DNA of 58,001 nt, filler included, from Sphacelaria rigidula (lineage: Eukaryota), in the NCBI GenBank assembly GCA_964200075.2. It is 4 parts of 4 records of this genome, joined end to end, with 100 filler letters (N's around TTAATTAATTAA, not from the genome) between each part and the next. Parts side by side here need not be neighbours in the genome. Positions count along the whole stretch, not along the records: positions 1 to 14,428 come from CAXNAA020002252.1; positions 14,529 to 28,953 come from CAXNAA020002253.1; 2 more parts are not named here. The stretch is one strand, 5' to 3'. Numbering within the stretch: the stretch's first letter is position 1; every line of letters begins with the position of its first letter. Positions 1 through 25,595 of this stretch are shown in pieces. The position numbers were made by a program, and so were the translations under genes. The notes below the pieces were generated by a model. It was given only the letters and a program-made list of their open reading frames with translations. It did not search any database and had not been told where the DNA came from.

Positions 1-178
1 GCCTGGGCCAAGGGTGGTAGTGAGAAGGAATCAATCACTCCTTGGAGGTGATTCCGGCCCTACACCCGCCCTCAATAAATATCGAGTATGCATGTATACG
101 CGATTCATGGGGTTGCTTTCCGAATGTCAACATAGAAACAGCACAACGACAACAAATATATCCGCTTCCCGCTCTCAC

Positions 179-14367
<14,189 letters not shown>

Positions 14368-14428
14368 CTGTCCCGAAATGTCGTGACAAAAAAAAAAAAA
14401 CACGGAAAACAACAAGATATAGAATGCG

Positions 14429-14528
14429 NNNNNNNNNNNNNNNNNNNNNNNNNNNNNNNNNNNNNNNNNNNNTTAATTAATTAANNNNNNNNNNNNNNNN
14501 NNNNNNNNNNNNNNNNNNNNNNNNNNNN
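14429..14528. other. Assembly gap spacer (N run / TTAATTAATTAA / N run)
   Basis: Identical ~100-bp construct also at ~28954-29053 and ~43479-43578. Confidence 0.97.
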
Positions 14529-15210
14529 TAATCCTTGGACCGCGGTACCCGTAGTCCATCTGGACCACGCGTGTACTTTTTCCAAGTGAATATTGATGCC
14601 GATTCAGCAGGTGACCTACTCTCGCGGTCTGACGGTCAAGTCCTCCTGCGCAGTTTGGGGGGGGAAGATACTTTCGCTCTGTGTTACTCTTTCGTATCTT
14701 CCCTGCAATAGAGAAATGCGACTTCAGCCCCATTTCAGTGTTGAACCCCAAAATTTAAAATCGGCTGTTTGTAGGATCATGCTCCAAAACGTACCTGACA
14801 AGGGGGCAACACCCCTGTACAGACTGTAATAGCAATGCTAGCGGATCCTACGTCCTGACGGGTTGTGACAGCCTGGCAGCCGGCAAGGTGGTTGTGTTAG
14901 TGTTCTTATAGCGATGTCAACTTACAGTGCATTGGAGCAGAGTTTGCAGCTAAATATTTTGGCGATGGTCTCACCTGCGGTTTGCCCAGATGTTGCGGAT
15001 TTTTTCTCGATATCACATAAATGTATAGGTAGAAATATACCAGACTCTCCGTTCATGATAAGTCAAGATGAACCAGACCCTGCATTAAACATGGAATTTC
15101 ACCCAAGCGTGGACAGAAGATTTCTACAGTCAGAACGAACACGTTATTGGAAGTGTATTGCGGAAAGTCAGTGTGTTGTCGCCCCATCCATTCTGGACGC
15201 CGGTCTCCAC

Positions 15211-15628
15211 CTTTCGGTATATGTGGGCGCACCAGCCGCGGCTGTGTTACCATACAGCTTCGCCCAAGATACAGGCAGCCACAGCGGCGCAGGCGGCCTT
15301 TCACTCCTGCGTGCGCAACCTGGGGTAGACGCACGCTGTAGCTGCAACATGGGCTGCTTTACAAAATTTGACGTAGTAATATAAAGATATGCGGTTCGAA
15401 TCCCGGCATGATCGATCGCCCTTTCGGTATATGTGGGCGCACCAGCCGCGGCTGTGTTACCATACAGCTTCACCCAAGATACAGGCAGCCACAGCGGCGC
15501 AGGCGGCCTTTCACTCCTGCGTGCGCCACCTGGGGTAGACGCACGCTGTAGCTGCAACACGGGCTGCTTTACAAAATGTGACGTAGTAATATAAAGATAT
15601 GCGGTTCGAATCCCGGCATGATCGATCG
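15211..15628 (+). repeat. Near-perfect 210-bp tandem duplication
   Basis: 15211-15420 is repeated at 15421-15628 with only a few substitutions; each copy ends with GGTTCGAATCCCGG. Confidence 0.95.
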
Positions 15629-16386
15629 TGGAAGGAAGGAATTTGAAATGTGGACAGTGAGGCTTGCGAGGGGCAAGAGACCTCGGAGATCCCTGATGTG
15701 TCATGCCGGGATGGAACACGCAGCATATCTTTTGTTCAAGAAGCGAACGGTTTGTCCATTGAACCAGTGAGCACCCCGGAGATCCCTGGTGTGTCATGCC
15801 GGGATGGACCACGCAGCATATCTTTTGTTCAAGAAGCGAACGGTTTGTCCATTGAACCAGTGAGCGCACAGCGGGTCACGCAGCATATCTTTTGTTCAAG
15901 AAGCGAACGGTTCGGCTATTGAACCAGTGAGCGCACAGCGCGTGGTCCATCCCGGCATGACACATCAGGGACCGCCGAGGTCTCTTGCCCCTCGCAAGTC
16001 TCGCTCTCCACAGTTCAAATTTCTTCATTCATTCGTCCATAATCGATCATGCTGAGTCTCGAACTCCATATTTTTTGTTCAGGAAGCGAGCATTTGACCA
16101 TTGAGCTACCAGTGAGCGCTCACTGGTTCAATCGACAGACCGTTCGCTTCTTCAACAAATGATATGCTGCGTGGTCCATCCCGGCATGACACATCAGGGA
16201 ACTCCGTCGCCTCGTGCCCCTCGCAAACTTCACTCTCCACAACTCAAATTCCTTCATTCCACAATTGGTCATGCTGAGTCACGAACTCCCCACTTTTTGT
16301 GCAGGAAGCGAGCATTTGACCATTGAGCTACCAGTGAGCGCTCACTGGTTCAATGGACAAACCGTTCGCTTCTTGAACAAAAGATA
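15597..16386. repeat. Rearranged array of the ~220-bp tRNA-like palindromic-end element
   Basis: Units in + orientation at 15597-15935 with internal duplications, and in the opposite orientation at 15940-16386. Junction palindrome ACCAGTGAGCGCTCACTGGT at ~16108 and ~16330. Confidence 0.85.
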
Positions 16387-18139
16387 GCCCGTAGCGAGGC
16401 GTGATATCCTGCGTACACGTTGGCCGCGGTACAAGCGGGCGCATTCATGATGTATGTGGCAAACTGCATAGGACAACGCGAAATCAAAGCAGGACAAGGA
16501 TAGACCAAGAATGTGCTTTGTCACTCTACACCCTGGCGCTGTGCAGTGAGCAGGTAGTACCGCCGAACGCGTCACGCTGCGGTTGGTACGCAGTGTTAGA
16601 TCCACATCCATAGATAGGGTAACTAATCTCTTTATTGAGCTGAATGAAACGCACTGAATTTATTTAAACGCGCGGAGCGCGTTATTTTCGAGCAGCACGC
16701 GCGCTACTCGTAGCGCGTGCTTTTTCCGTGTTGCCGACATCGTGCCAGCGCGCTTGTGCACTACAGCGTTGTACTCCCCTGTGGCAGCTCGTCACGGTAT
16801 TGCCCCTCATGTTTCATCACGCTTTATTTCAAACCACGCATAAGAGACGCCAGCGAGTCCATCGTTGTTACACTTGGAGGTGTGGTGAACCAGTTTTTTT
16901 TCGATCTGGTGCTACTGCCGCGGCTGCGTGCTGTACCAAATAGTATACCGTACCAGTTCAAAAGCGGATATTTATGACATGAACGCCACCGACATGCTCT
17001 GGTTATCATGAGCTGTGTACGAGGCACGGGAAGCGTAGTTTTTGTCAAGGAATGCAAGGACGCAATCATACTGCAGTGCAGGCATGGGTTTGTCGAGAGA
17101 AATTTTCGGACACAGAGCCCCCCCCCCGTCCCCTCCCGAAGGGCATTTTTTCGAAAATTGTCATAATTTTTTGTGATTTTTTTCAATTTTTTGTTGAAAT
17201 TGTTGAAGGAAATTGATCAAAAAACACTGGCAACAAGCGAAAAGTCTGGCGGGCTTCGCGAGGTTCGTATATTCACTTCTGCTTTTCGCCCGCCCTGTCC
17301 CGATGACCTCGGATGCCGTCAACGCTCACACATTTCCATGTACGAAACACGAGCGCACGGTAGCGACAGCCTGTAGCCAAAGTAGCAGCATTATCTCACG
17401 CCTCGCCAAATTTGCCCGGACTACTAGTGGTAGGTAGTCGAGGCACACGGCACGGTACGTGATCCGATAGATGTAATCGTGGTCGTTGATGAGCTTGGAG
17501 GGGCGGTGTGTCTATCATCTCAGCAGTCTCCATGCCAAAGATCTCTGTACGCGGCAGCTGACCGCATCCGTCAACGCCTCGGCAATAAACTAGGGGACAG
17601 CGGGTTGGGTGTGCCCCCCCCCCCCCCCCCCCCGTCAAAAACTCGAATTTCCGATCTTGAGGCCTACGTGTCCCGAAATATATTTTTGACAGACCCTTGG
17701 TACAGGCAGTTTTAGTATTATTAGGATGAAACACGTGATTCGAACGAGACGAAATCCGAGACCGCAACGTCACACCATAAACACCGAAATAAATTGAAAT
17801 TGGAAGCGCCCTGGACACAGGGCAATCTATAAACATGAAAAAAATGAATTCGAGGAAGCATATGATAATTTCACATACGTTAAAAACCACGTACAATAAC
17901 AGTAACGCGTATCACAACGCACACGTGCATACAGAGAGAAGATGAGTTGCTGGGAGCGTTGTATTCTTGGAGGGAACCCCGAACGTTTGATACATCCCTT
18001 GTCGAACATTCGTTACAATGGAAATGACAAACTTGAAGAGGAGCATGACTCGGGGGCACACACCTGCGTACAGCGTGTACAGTCCTTCCTATCTACACTT
18101 GGTTTTAGTCCAGGTCATTGTGTTCAGCTTGTTCAGTCA

Positions 18140-18750
18140 AATGTGAGAAGTCGACACATGCGCCACCTGAGGGTGGGGGTTTGGCCGAGGACGAGTGTTT
18201 GCGTGATGGCTGTCGATTGTCGTTGCCAAGTCGAATGTGAGGAAGCATATTATGCTTGGTGACCTCATCACGTCGACGCTAAAAGTTACACCGTAAACCC
18301 ATCGCGTAGCCGGTGGTCAATGTATGCTGGAAGCGAATGAGGCCGTGCATTGTTCACACAACACCCCTCACGATTGGGCTTGTTCAATTAGACGTGAGAA
18401 GTCAACACACACGCCACCCCAGGAGGTGGGGTTTCGCCTAGGCCGGGCGTTTGCGCGATGGATATCGGTAGTCGTCGCCATTTCGAATTTGCATAAAACA
18501 TTTCGTACTCAGCGACCTCATCACAAAAAACGCGAATATTTAAGCTGTATTGTGTATTGCATAACTACCGCGTAGTAGTCGGTAGTCCGTGTACTGTAAG
18601 CCGGCCGTGCGTTGGGACCTACATTTTTCAAGCAACACCTCCACGATTGTGGTTGTAAAAGTCAAACGTGAGAAGTCGGCACATACGCCACCCCAGGAGA
18701 TGGTGTTCGCCCAAGCCCAGCGTTTGCGCGATCGCTATCGATGGTCGTTG
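18140..18750 (+). repeat. Diverged tandem repeat, period ~250-275 bp
   Basis: GTGAGAAGTC.ACACA..CGCCACC...GTTTGCG.GAT recurs at ~18143, ~18393 and ~18668. Confidence 0.8.
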
Positions 18751-20325
18751 CTGGGCGGGGGTCAAACGGCAGGGGTCAGGAAAATTGGAAAAGTGAAGAA
18801 TTGGCGAGGGTCGGGCCTCAAGAGGAGTGAAAAGGACAAAACACATTCGTGTTTTCCGTCAGAGAGAGGACAGTGTGCTACTACTGGAGAAGATAATTGG
18901 TCCGTCGACTCCCTCGACTGGGTGTTCAGTAGGTGGTGGGGCGACTGGGTAACCTGGAGTACGTGTGCCAAGACAAGTGGGATATCGGGCCTTCGGCGGC
19001 AACCGCCGATTCATCGAGAACCGAGACGGTCCCGAAAATTCCTGCCGTGCAACCTATCCGTGTTCTTAAGATGGAAAAACGCCAGCAACATGTACTTGCC
19101 CGCCACGAACAAGTCTTCTGGACTCATTTCCGCGAGTACAGTCACCTTCGTGGCGTGCAGACAAAACAACAATGTTTTCGTGAAATTGAGAGAAGATACG
19201 GTTGAGAGTGAAAAGCGGTCAATTAGTGAATGAGTCGTTTTAGTTCCGAAAAGCCCCTCCACGAGGCCCAATATGCTTCTTGTACTTGCTTGCCACCGAG
19301 GCCCTCAATATCCCTGAGTAGGATATCGACGTGTAGCTGTAAGCTCACGCAAGTGATAGAAGCAAAGAAAAGTACATACGGAATGAAAAATTGGCGAAGT
19401 TGAAGCGAGAGATCAAAGCCACTTTCAATCAGCGCTCTACTCTCAATCTCACAAAAACTTTGTTAGACGTGGATTACTCATCTATTTTTAAAGTGTACGC
19501 GGCACTCGTGGTTCAAAATTCTTCTGCTTGGTGCCGTCAGTGCAACGTAGTAGTCCAAACATATCATTGTGGTATACAGACGAGAATCACTTGGACCTTA
19601 AACTCAGCGTACGCGGGGAAACAGCGCTCTTTTGAAACTCGTTGATGGCGACCGATCAAATCATCCACAGACACCCCATGCTTACTTGCTATATTCACTA
19701 TAATATTATTTCCACAAAATTCAGAAGAAAAAGAAACAAAGAACCCAGAAAAATCGGACATACAAACGCACTGGCGTGACGATAACATGCAGCTGTCTTC
19801 TAGGCGCTAGGCGCTACATCTACATATGAACGAAAATAAGACCCAGCTTCTTTCCACCCTCAGATTCATCCTCAGGTACTTTTAATACCATATACACCCA
19901 GTAGCGCTTACAGAACACAGCATGCAGTTTTCCTGAACAGCGCATGCACATTTCCGCCGATGGGTGTGAGTGCCCACCACCCTATTTTCTTGTCAGCGTT
20001 GAGTCAAACAAGACTACCCGCAACTTCGACCGTCATGTAAACACGAATGACCGTGTCGTCTCCATCGTACATCCCTCTTCTTCACACCACCGTGCACACC
20101 TGTTATAAAAACCTCGCAAGAAAATCACACTTCGCCCTCAGCACCGCGCCTACATAGCTGTCGACTCCAAACGCAAAACTCTTCTACTGCAGCGACGAAT
20201 CAACCTGTGCATCCCCCGCCCCGCAGGTTACGAACCCGTAGTCCTACTAACCTCATCTCCACAGCCCGATAAACGTAAAGGACGACACACAAATGATGAT
20301 TCATTAACACAAACTCCTCAATACT

Positions 20326-21282
20326 CTAGACTGAAGATACGATTGTACGAGGTACTTGGCGGGACGCTGGGTCCGCACCAGATTCTGCTGTAACATCAGC
20401 AGGCGCCGCCACTGGCTCCGCATCAAGGCCAACATCAACGGAACGTTGCTTGCCATCCGCCGCCTCCGATGCCGCCATCACCATATTATTCACTTCATTC
20501 ATCCCGCCCTCAGCCATCGGCAAACGCGCCTCATCTGGCGCGGCTATCGGTCTTGTTTCGATCAAGTCCTCCACATCCACGTTCACTTGCTCGGTCGATT
20601 CTACCGCCGCTGTCGCTGATTCTGCCCTCCCCCCTGCGCTTGCTTCCTCCGGACCTCCGTGCAACGGCGCCCATCTGTGTGCGGACACGGATGGCGCTAC
20701 CTCATGAGATGCAGCCGCTGCTGTAGGCAACAACACCTGCTGCGCATCGTCACCTGGCGCGCCATCATCTTTCGGAACCTCCTTTGCTTCCGCATCCGCA
20801 AGCCCCTGGGTCGCCCCCTCATCAACTATTACGGTATCAGTCAGCGGCATATTCGCCGTTACACCGTTCGTCGTTGCGGCCGCTGCTGCCGCCGTTGGGG
20901 GTATACTTTCGGCAGCTGGAACGGGAACCACGGTGTCGGTGGTGTCCTTGCCTTCACCAACTAGAGGCAGGTTCAAACAACCCTCCTCCATCGAGGAGAT
21001 ACTCGGCGGGGGTGGAATACCGCCGGCCGCTGCCACCGCATCCGCCATTGCCTTGGCCGTTGCCGCTGCTGCCACCGCTGCTGCTGCTGCTGCTGAGGCA
21101 GCGCTGTCGTTTTCGACGCCGGCCATGGTTGCGCGCGCCTCGGACTCTTGAGCTGCCGCGGCGGCGGCTGCGGAAGCAGCAGCAGTTACGGCTGCCATAG
21201 CTTGAACAGACGCTTCATCCGTCGGTGCCTCACCCTTGGATCCTTGTGAGTTCTTCAGCCCAAGAAGAGTTTCCACGGCGAG
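20326..21282 (-). CDS. Zn2Cys6 transcription factor, probable last exon (Ala/acidic-rich)
   Basis: ccacag| acceptor at 21283, phase 0 with the upstream donor CAG|gtgcgg; long ORF to TAG at 20326. Confidence 0.8.
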   Translation of the reverse strand, partial: LAVETLLGLKNSQGSKGEAPTDEASVQAMAAVTAAASAAAAAAAQESEARATMAGVENDSAASAAAAAAVAAAATAKAMADAVAAAGGIPPPPSISSMEEGCLNLPLVGEGKDTTDTVVPVPAAESIPPTAAAAAATTNGVTANMPLTDTVIVDEGATQGLADAEAKEVPKDDGAPGDDAQQVLLPTAAAASHEVAPSVSAHRWAPLHGGPEEASAGGRAESATAAVESTEQVNVDVEDLIETRPIAAPDEARLPMAEGGMNEVNNMVMAASEAADGKQRSVDVGLDAEPVAAPADVTAESGADPASRQVPRTIVSSV

Positions 21283-21652
21283 CTGTGGAGACATGATCGT
21301 AGGATGTCAGGATGAAGGAAGGGCGCTGCGTGAGAGATCCCATGCGGTGGAGTGTGGACTATGATCGGAGGTACTCGACCGTTTTCGCGACAACGGTGGG
21401 AAAGCTTTCTTTCGACTGACATCAACTTACCGCGACCCGTGATCACTTAGCGAAGTATGAAAACAGACGATGAAATGCACGCAGCCTCCGTGACCCATTC
21501 AGAAACACCACGCTACCCCGTGCCGAAATGTTTTTTTCATGTAAGGAACCACAACTCTCTGTAACTCGGGACTCAGCAGTTCGTTCATATCACATACGCC
21601 AATACGATATCGCAGGCCCAAGGATCGGGCAACACATCACCGAACGCCGCAC

Positions 21653-23284
21653 CTGCTTCGCTTCCTCACTCTCCTTCGGCTGCCGCTTCTCGCCGCCGCG
21701 AGCTGCAGCGTCTTGCGCAGCGGCGGCTATCGCAGCGGCGGCGGCGGCTGTAACCGACATAGGCGGACCGTTACCGGCTACACCCGGTAAGCCTTGCTGC
21801 CCCTGCGAAACGTCAACGTCCATAGTCTCGGTAGCTGTTTCGAGAGCTGCGGCAGCGGCACCTTGCCCATAAGCGGCCGCGTTTACATACGGGTTCATGC
21901 CTTGGTATAGAGGGACGCCATCGTAGGGACTCAGGCCTTGCTGGATCTGATACTGGGCAAGGTACGCCGCGTACAGGGATTGCGGGTACGGCTGATATAT
22001 GCCGTACTGTGGGTGGTACGCCATGGACATGCCCATGGAGGGCATGCTCGGCGCCCCTACTCCAGGGTACGCAGCCGCCGCCGGCTGCCCCGCGTTTGAC
22101 GGGCTCACCGTCGTCGGTTGCGGCGACGCTGCTGAAGCCGCGGTGGTGACAGCAGTAGCAGAAACAGCACCCGAAGCAGGCGACGAGGCACTGTGTTGGG
22201 CCGCAGCAGAAATAGCGCTTGCAGGCTGAGACGCGAAGACAAGCGGGTGAATCGCGACGGACGGAGCAACGGTATCGTGCGAAGCAGCTGACATTGAGGA
22301 GCCTGTTTGCATGCCCAACGCGCCAGGTGTCAGCTGCAAAGACAGCGCGGGTGCCGCCGTTGGCGGTGGCGTCGAAACAAGCCGTCCAACCGCCCCTTGG
22401 TTTTGAGCTGCCGACTGCGCCGCCGTCACCGTCGCCGGCACCCCCGTACTATTGCCCAAAATCTCGCCATTATCGTCCGTGGGGCGCTCGCCTGCAGCTT
22501 TCGCCTTCGCCATCCCCGCCGCCGCTGCCTCTTGCGCCCGCTTGAACGCCCCCGCCCGTGCCTCCAGTGAAAGTTGCGCTGCCTCCGGCGGAAGCGTCAT
22601 TCGGTTGACAGCATGTCTCTCCTCGAAGTTGCGCTTCTCCTTGACAGCGTCTGCGTTGTTCTTGGCCGTAATCGCGGCGGCAGCAGCAGCTTTCGCATTT
22701 GCGGCGGCATTGGCAGTGGCAGCGGCGACGGCGGCGGCGACGGCGGCGGCGGCGGCCGCCGCATTGGATTGCTCCGGGCTTCCGGAGGCCGTGCTCTGCA
22801 GGGCTTCTGGGCGAGGAGAAGGACCTGCATTGTTGACAGCAGAGGCGGCCGCCACGGCGGCGGCGGCGGCCGCCGCCCCAGCTCCGTTGCTAGCGCTGCC
22901 CTCCGGCGGGATGGAGATGCCCGGCAGTCTCGGGGGCTGCGGAGGTTGCTGCGGTGCCTGAGAACTAGCTGCGAGAAGACGGTTCATACGATTGGCGGTA
23001 CCGCTCGTTATGCCTTCCTCATCGGCGTCCTTGGGCCACATCGCCAGCGGCAGCAGCTTGGGCCGTCCCTGTCGGTTCTCGAGGAGGTCTTCATCGGCGG
23101 CAATCAGCTTGCGCTTGCTGCCCTTGGGTGGGCCCGATTTCTGCTTGTAGCTATAGCCACACGGCCGGCTGCGGCGCCGGCATCGATGGCAGGGCTGCAG
23201 GCCGTCACACTTGCGCTTCATGCGGTGACACGCGTCGCATGCGTTGCGGAGGACGACCATGACTTCGCGGTCGCCGTCGGGGGA
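21653..23284 (-). CDS. Zn(II)2Cys6 (GAL4-type) transcription factor, main exon
   Basis: ACDACHRMKRKCDGLQPCHRCRRRSRPCGY = CX2CX6CX5CX2CX6C, followed by a basic KQKSGPPKGSKRK stretch and Ala/Gln/Pro/Tyr-rich low-complexity regions. Confidence 0.92.
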
Positions 23285-23373
23285 CTGCATTATGCATGAC
23301 AATGAAAACAAACACATGGGGATACAGTAAGGGTTATACGTCGAGCCCGAGAAAATGGGTGAATCCATACTTG

Positions 23374-24933
23374 CACGGTTCGGACGAATAAACCGATTTG
23401 ACTCATACTCAACGTTTGGACGAATCAATCATACGATTCGTACACAAGTTGTGATCTGTACATGTTGTGGGTTCGTGATTCGTACGACCCCGCTTCAAGT
23501 GTAGAGATCCACAGTTCGTGATTCGTGGGGTACACCATCAAAGGTACACGTGTCCTACCCTCCATTCAGCATGAATCATGGGCACATATTCTCCACCTTC
23601 CATTCATACGAGGTGAATCAAGCGTGCATGTTTCCCAATTTCCGTTCATGCAACATGAATCGTACGTACATGTTCCCCACCTTCCATCAATACGAGGTGA
23701 ATCAAGCGTACATGTTTCCCACCTTTTATTCATGTGGCATGAATCATACGTACATGTTCCCTACCTTCCATTCATACAAGATGGATCAAGTGTATATGTA
23801 TCCCACTTTTCATTTTTGCAGCGTGAATCATACGTACATGTTCTCCACTTTTTGTTCGTATGATATACATCATGTGAACATGTTGTTTCCCACCTGTCAT
23901 TTCATGGGGCGCGACTCTTCGGGGGCGCTGCCCTTTTGCAGGTGGGGTGGGCAAATAAGAGCGTAAAGGCCGCGAATCCCTCAAGAACCAAATCCGCAAT
24001 AAGTGAACCAATTTCAATTTTCGCACTCACACGTAAAACATCAACTATGGCAGTACAACAAACGCAGACGCGTAGTGCCCAAGGCGATTTTTCTAGTCAG
24101 TTTCCCCCACCCGAGCTATGCTGTTGACAGCGTTTGTGGTTTTATGTTGTGTTCTGTGGTACAGTTGACCTCAACATGCTGTATAATATACCAACGAAAC
24201 ACTCGCGAAGAACACAGCACCTGCACGAGTTGTCCTCGCGTGCTCGCGGGAGTAAACTCCGGCAGTGTACTCTGCAGTCCGCGGGCAGTACGGTACAGTA
24301 CGGTACAGCATGGCAAAGCACGCATCTGTGCCCGTCGAGTGATTCTTCCAGCTGTTTATTTTCCATGATTCACACAGCGTGAATCATGTCAGTCACGTAC
24401 AAGTTTTTCACCTTTCATTTATAGGAGGTGAATCAAGCTTGCATGTACCTCCCGTTTCATCCATGCAGCATAAATCATAGGCACGCGTTCTGCACCTTTC
24501 ATTCACACGAGATGAATCGCATGTGCATGTTTCCCAATTTCCGTTCATGCAGCATGAATCATAAGCACATGTTCTCCGCCTTCCATCCGTACGAGGTGAA
24601 TCAAGCGTGCATATTTCCGAATCTTCGTCCATGCAGCACGAATCGTACGTACATGTTCCCTACCTTCGATTCATCCGAGATGAATATTCGTAATATATGC
24701 ATATTTCCCACCCAAGATTCGTACAGGAAGTGTGATTCATAAATATTTTGCACTCTTGAGTCGTCGGATACCACGTGGAGTGTACACATTCCCAGTCCGT
24801 GATTCGTGTGGTATGACCTTGAACAACAACTTCACCCATCCGTGATTCATACCGGATGACTCTTGCGTACATGATATGCATTGAAGATTCATAGGGAGTC
24901 AACCCGTATGTACTTTGATGCGTCCGAACCGTG
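23374..24933. mobile_element. Non-autonomous TIR DNA transposon (hAT/P-like by 8-bp TSD) with internal minisatellite
   Basis: TIR CACGGTTCGGACG ... CGTCCGAACCGTG; flanks catacttg (23366-73) and catgcttg (24934-41). Confidence 0.8.
23550..24740 (+). repeat. ~39-bp minisatellite in two blocks (23550-23900, 24365-24740)
   Basis: Recurrent TTCATGCAGCATGAATCATACGTACATGTTCCCCACCTT / TTCATACGAGGTGAATCAAGCGTGCATGTTTCCCA units. Confidence 0.9.
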
Positions 24934-24957
24934 CATGCTTGCACGGCGGACGCCGAC

Positions 24958-24990
24958 GTATGTTCCTGGCTTGTGGTACAAACGAGGCAT
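24958..24990 (-). CDS. Candidate first coding exon of the Zn2Cys6 gene (MPRLYHKPGTY)
   Basis: ATG at 24990, donor TAC|gtcggc, phase 0 into SPDGDREV. The donor is weak, and an in-frame ATG at 23290 is an alternative start. Confidence 0.4.
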
Positions 24991-25545
24991 CACGAAGTTT
25001 TGGCACGGGTGCAGGCTTTTGAGGCCGAAGCCTTCGCACAGGGTCTAGACTGAAATAAACCATATGAGTGTTCATCCGTTGCTTCATCATGAAAAACCTT
25101 GGTTCAGTATAACTCAAACGTCCCCACATACACGGGGCGCAGAGTGCGAGGATGTCGCCCGAAGAGGCCCAAGCTGCTCAAGTAGTACACAAAAGCCAGT
25201 TTTGAAAAGGAAAACAGTTCACATCGATACTGGGGGCTCCGGTACTGTACCGTACTTGCTGCCTGTCCTGTATGCATGCTATATGTGGGGACTAAAGATC
25301 TCTGCCTCTACACTCACACTCACATCGCGAAACCTCAGCTGATGGTGTGCTGCAGAACACTTTTGCCTTGGCAAACGCTGTGAAGCCGCAGTTGCAGACA
25401 TGAACTGGTTTCACTGTACGAACCCCGCAGCCCGAAAGGGGGTTTTGATAGTACGGATCGACAGCAATTGAGGCCACGGGAAGTGTACGGTATTGCCTGT
25501 ACTGTAGGCATGCCACATGTCGGGTTCAAGGATATTTGCCTCTTT

Positions 25546-25593
<48 letters not shown>
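25546..25593 (+). repeat. (CA)n microsatellite
   Basis: Direct reading. Confidence 0.95.

Positions 25594-25595
<2 letters not shown>

Noticed and set aside
14473-14484. TTAATTAATTAA palindrome, three times
   Set aside because: Always centred in N runs; an artificial six-frame-stop scaffold linker.
15585-16345. tRNA genes suggested by GGTTCGAATCCC and TAGCTCAATGG
   Set aside because: No complete cloverleaf; embedded in repeats, so treated as tRNA-derived elements.
20356-23299. Many plus-strand ORFs over the TF (likewise 45561-46190 and 49077-53259)
   Set aside because: Antisense shadows of GC-rich coding exons.
23285-23428. N-terminal extension of the 612-aa ORF
   Set aside because: It reads through a polypyrimidine acceptor and the transposon TIR, so it is intronic.
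23525-24742. Repetitive ORFs and a CRISPR-like periodicity
   Set aside because: Contiguous degenerate 39-bp minisatellite with no unique spacers and no cas genes; the ORFs arise because the period is a multiple of 3.
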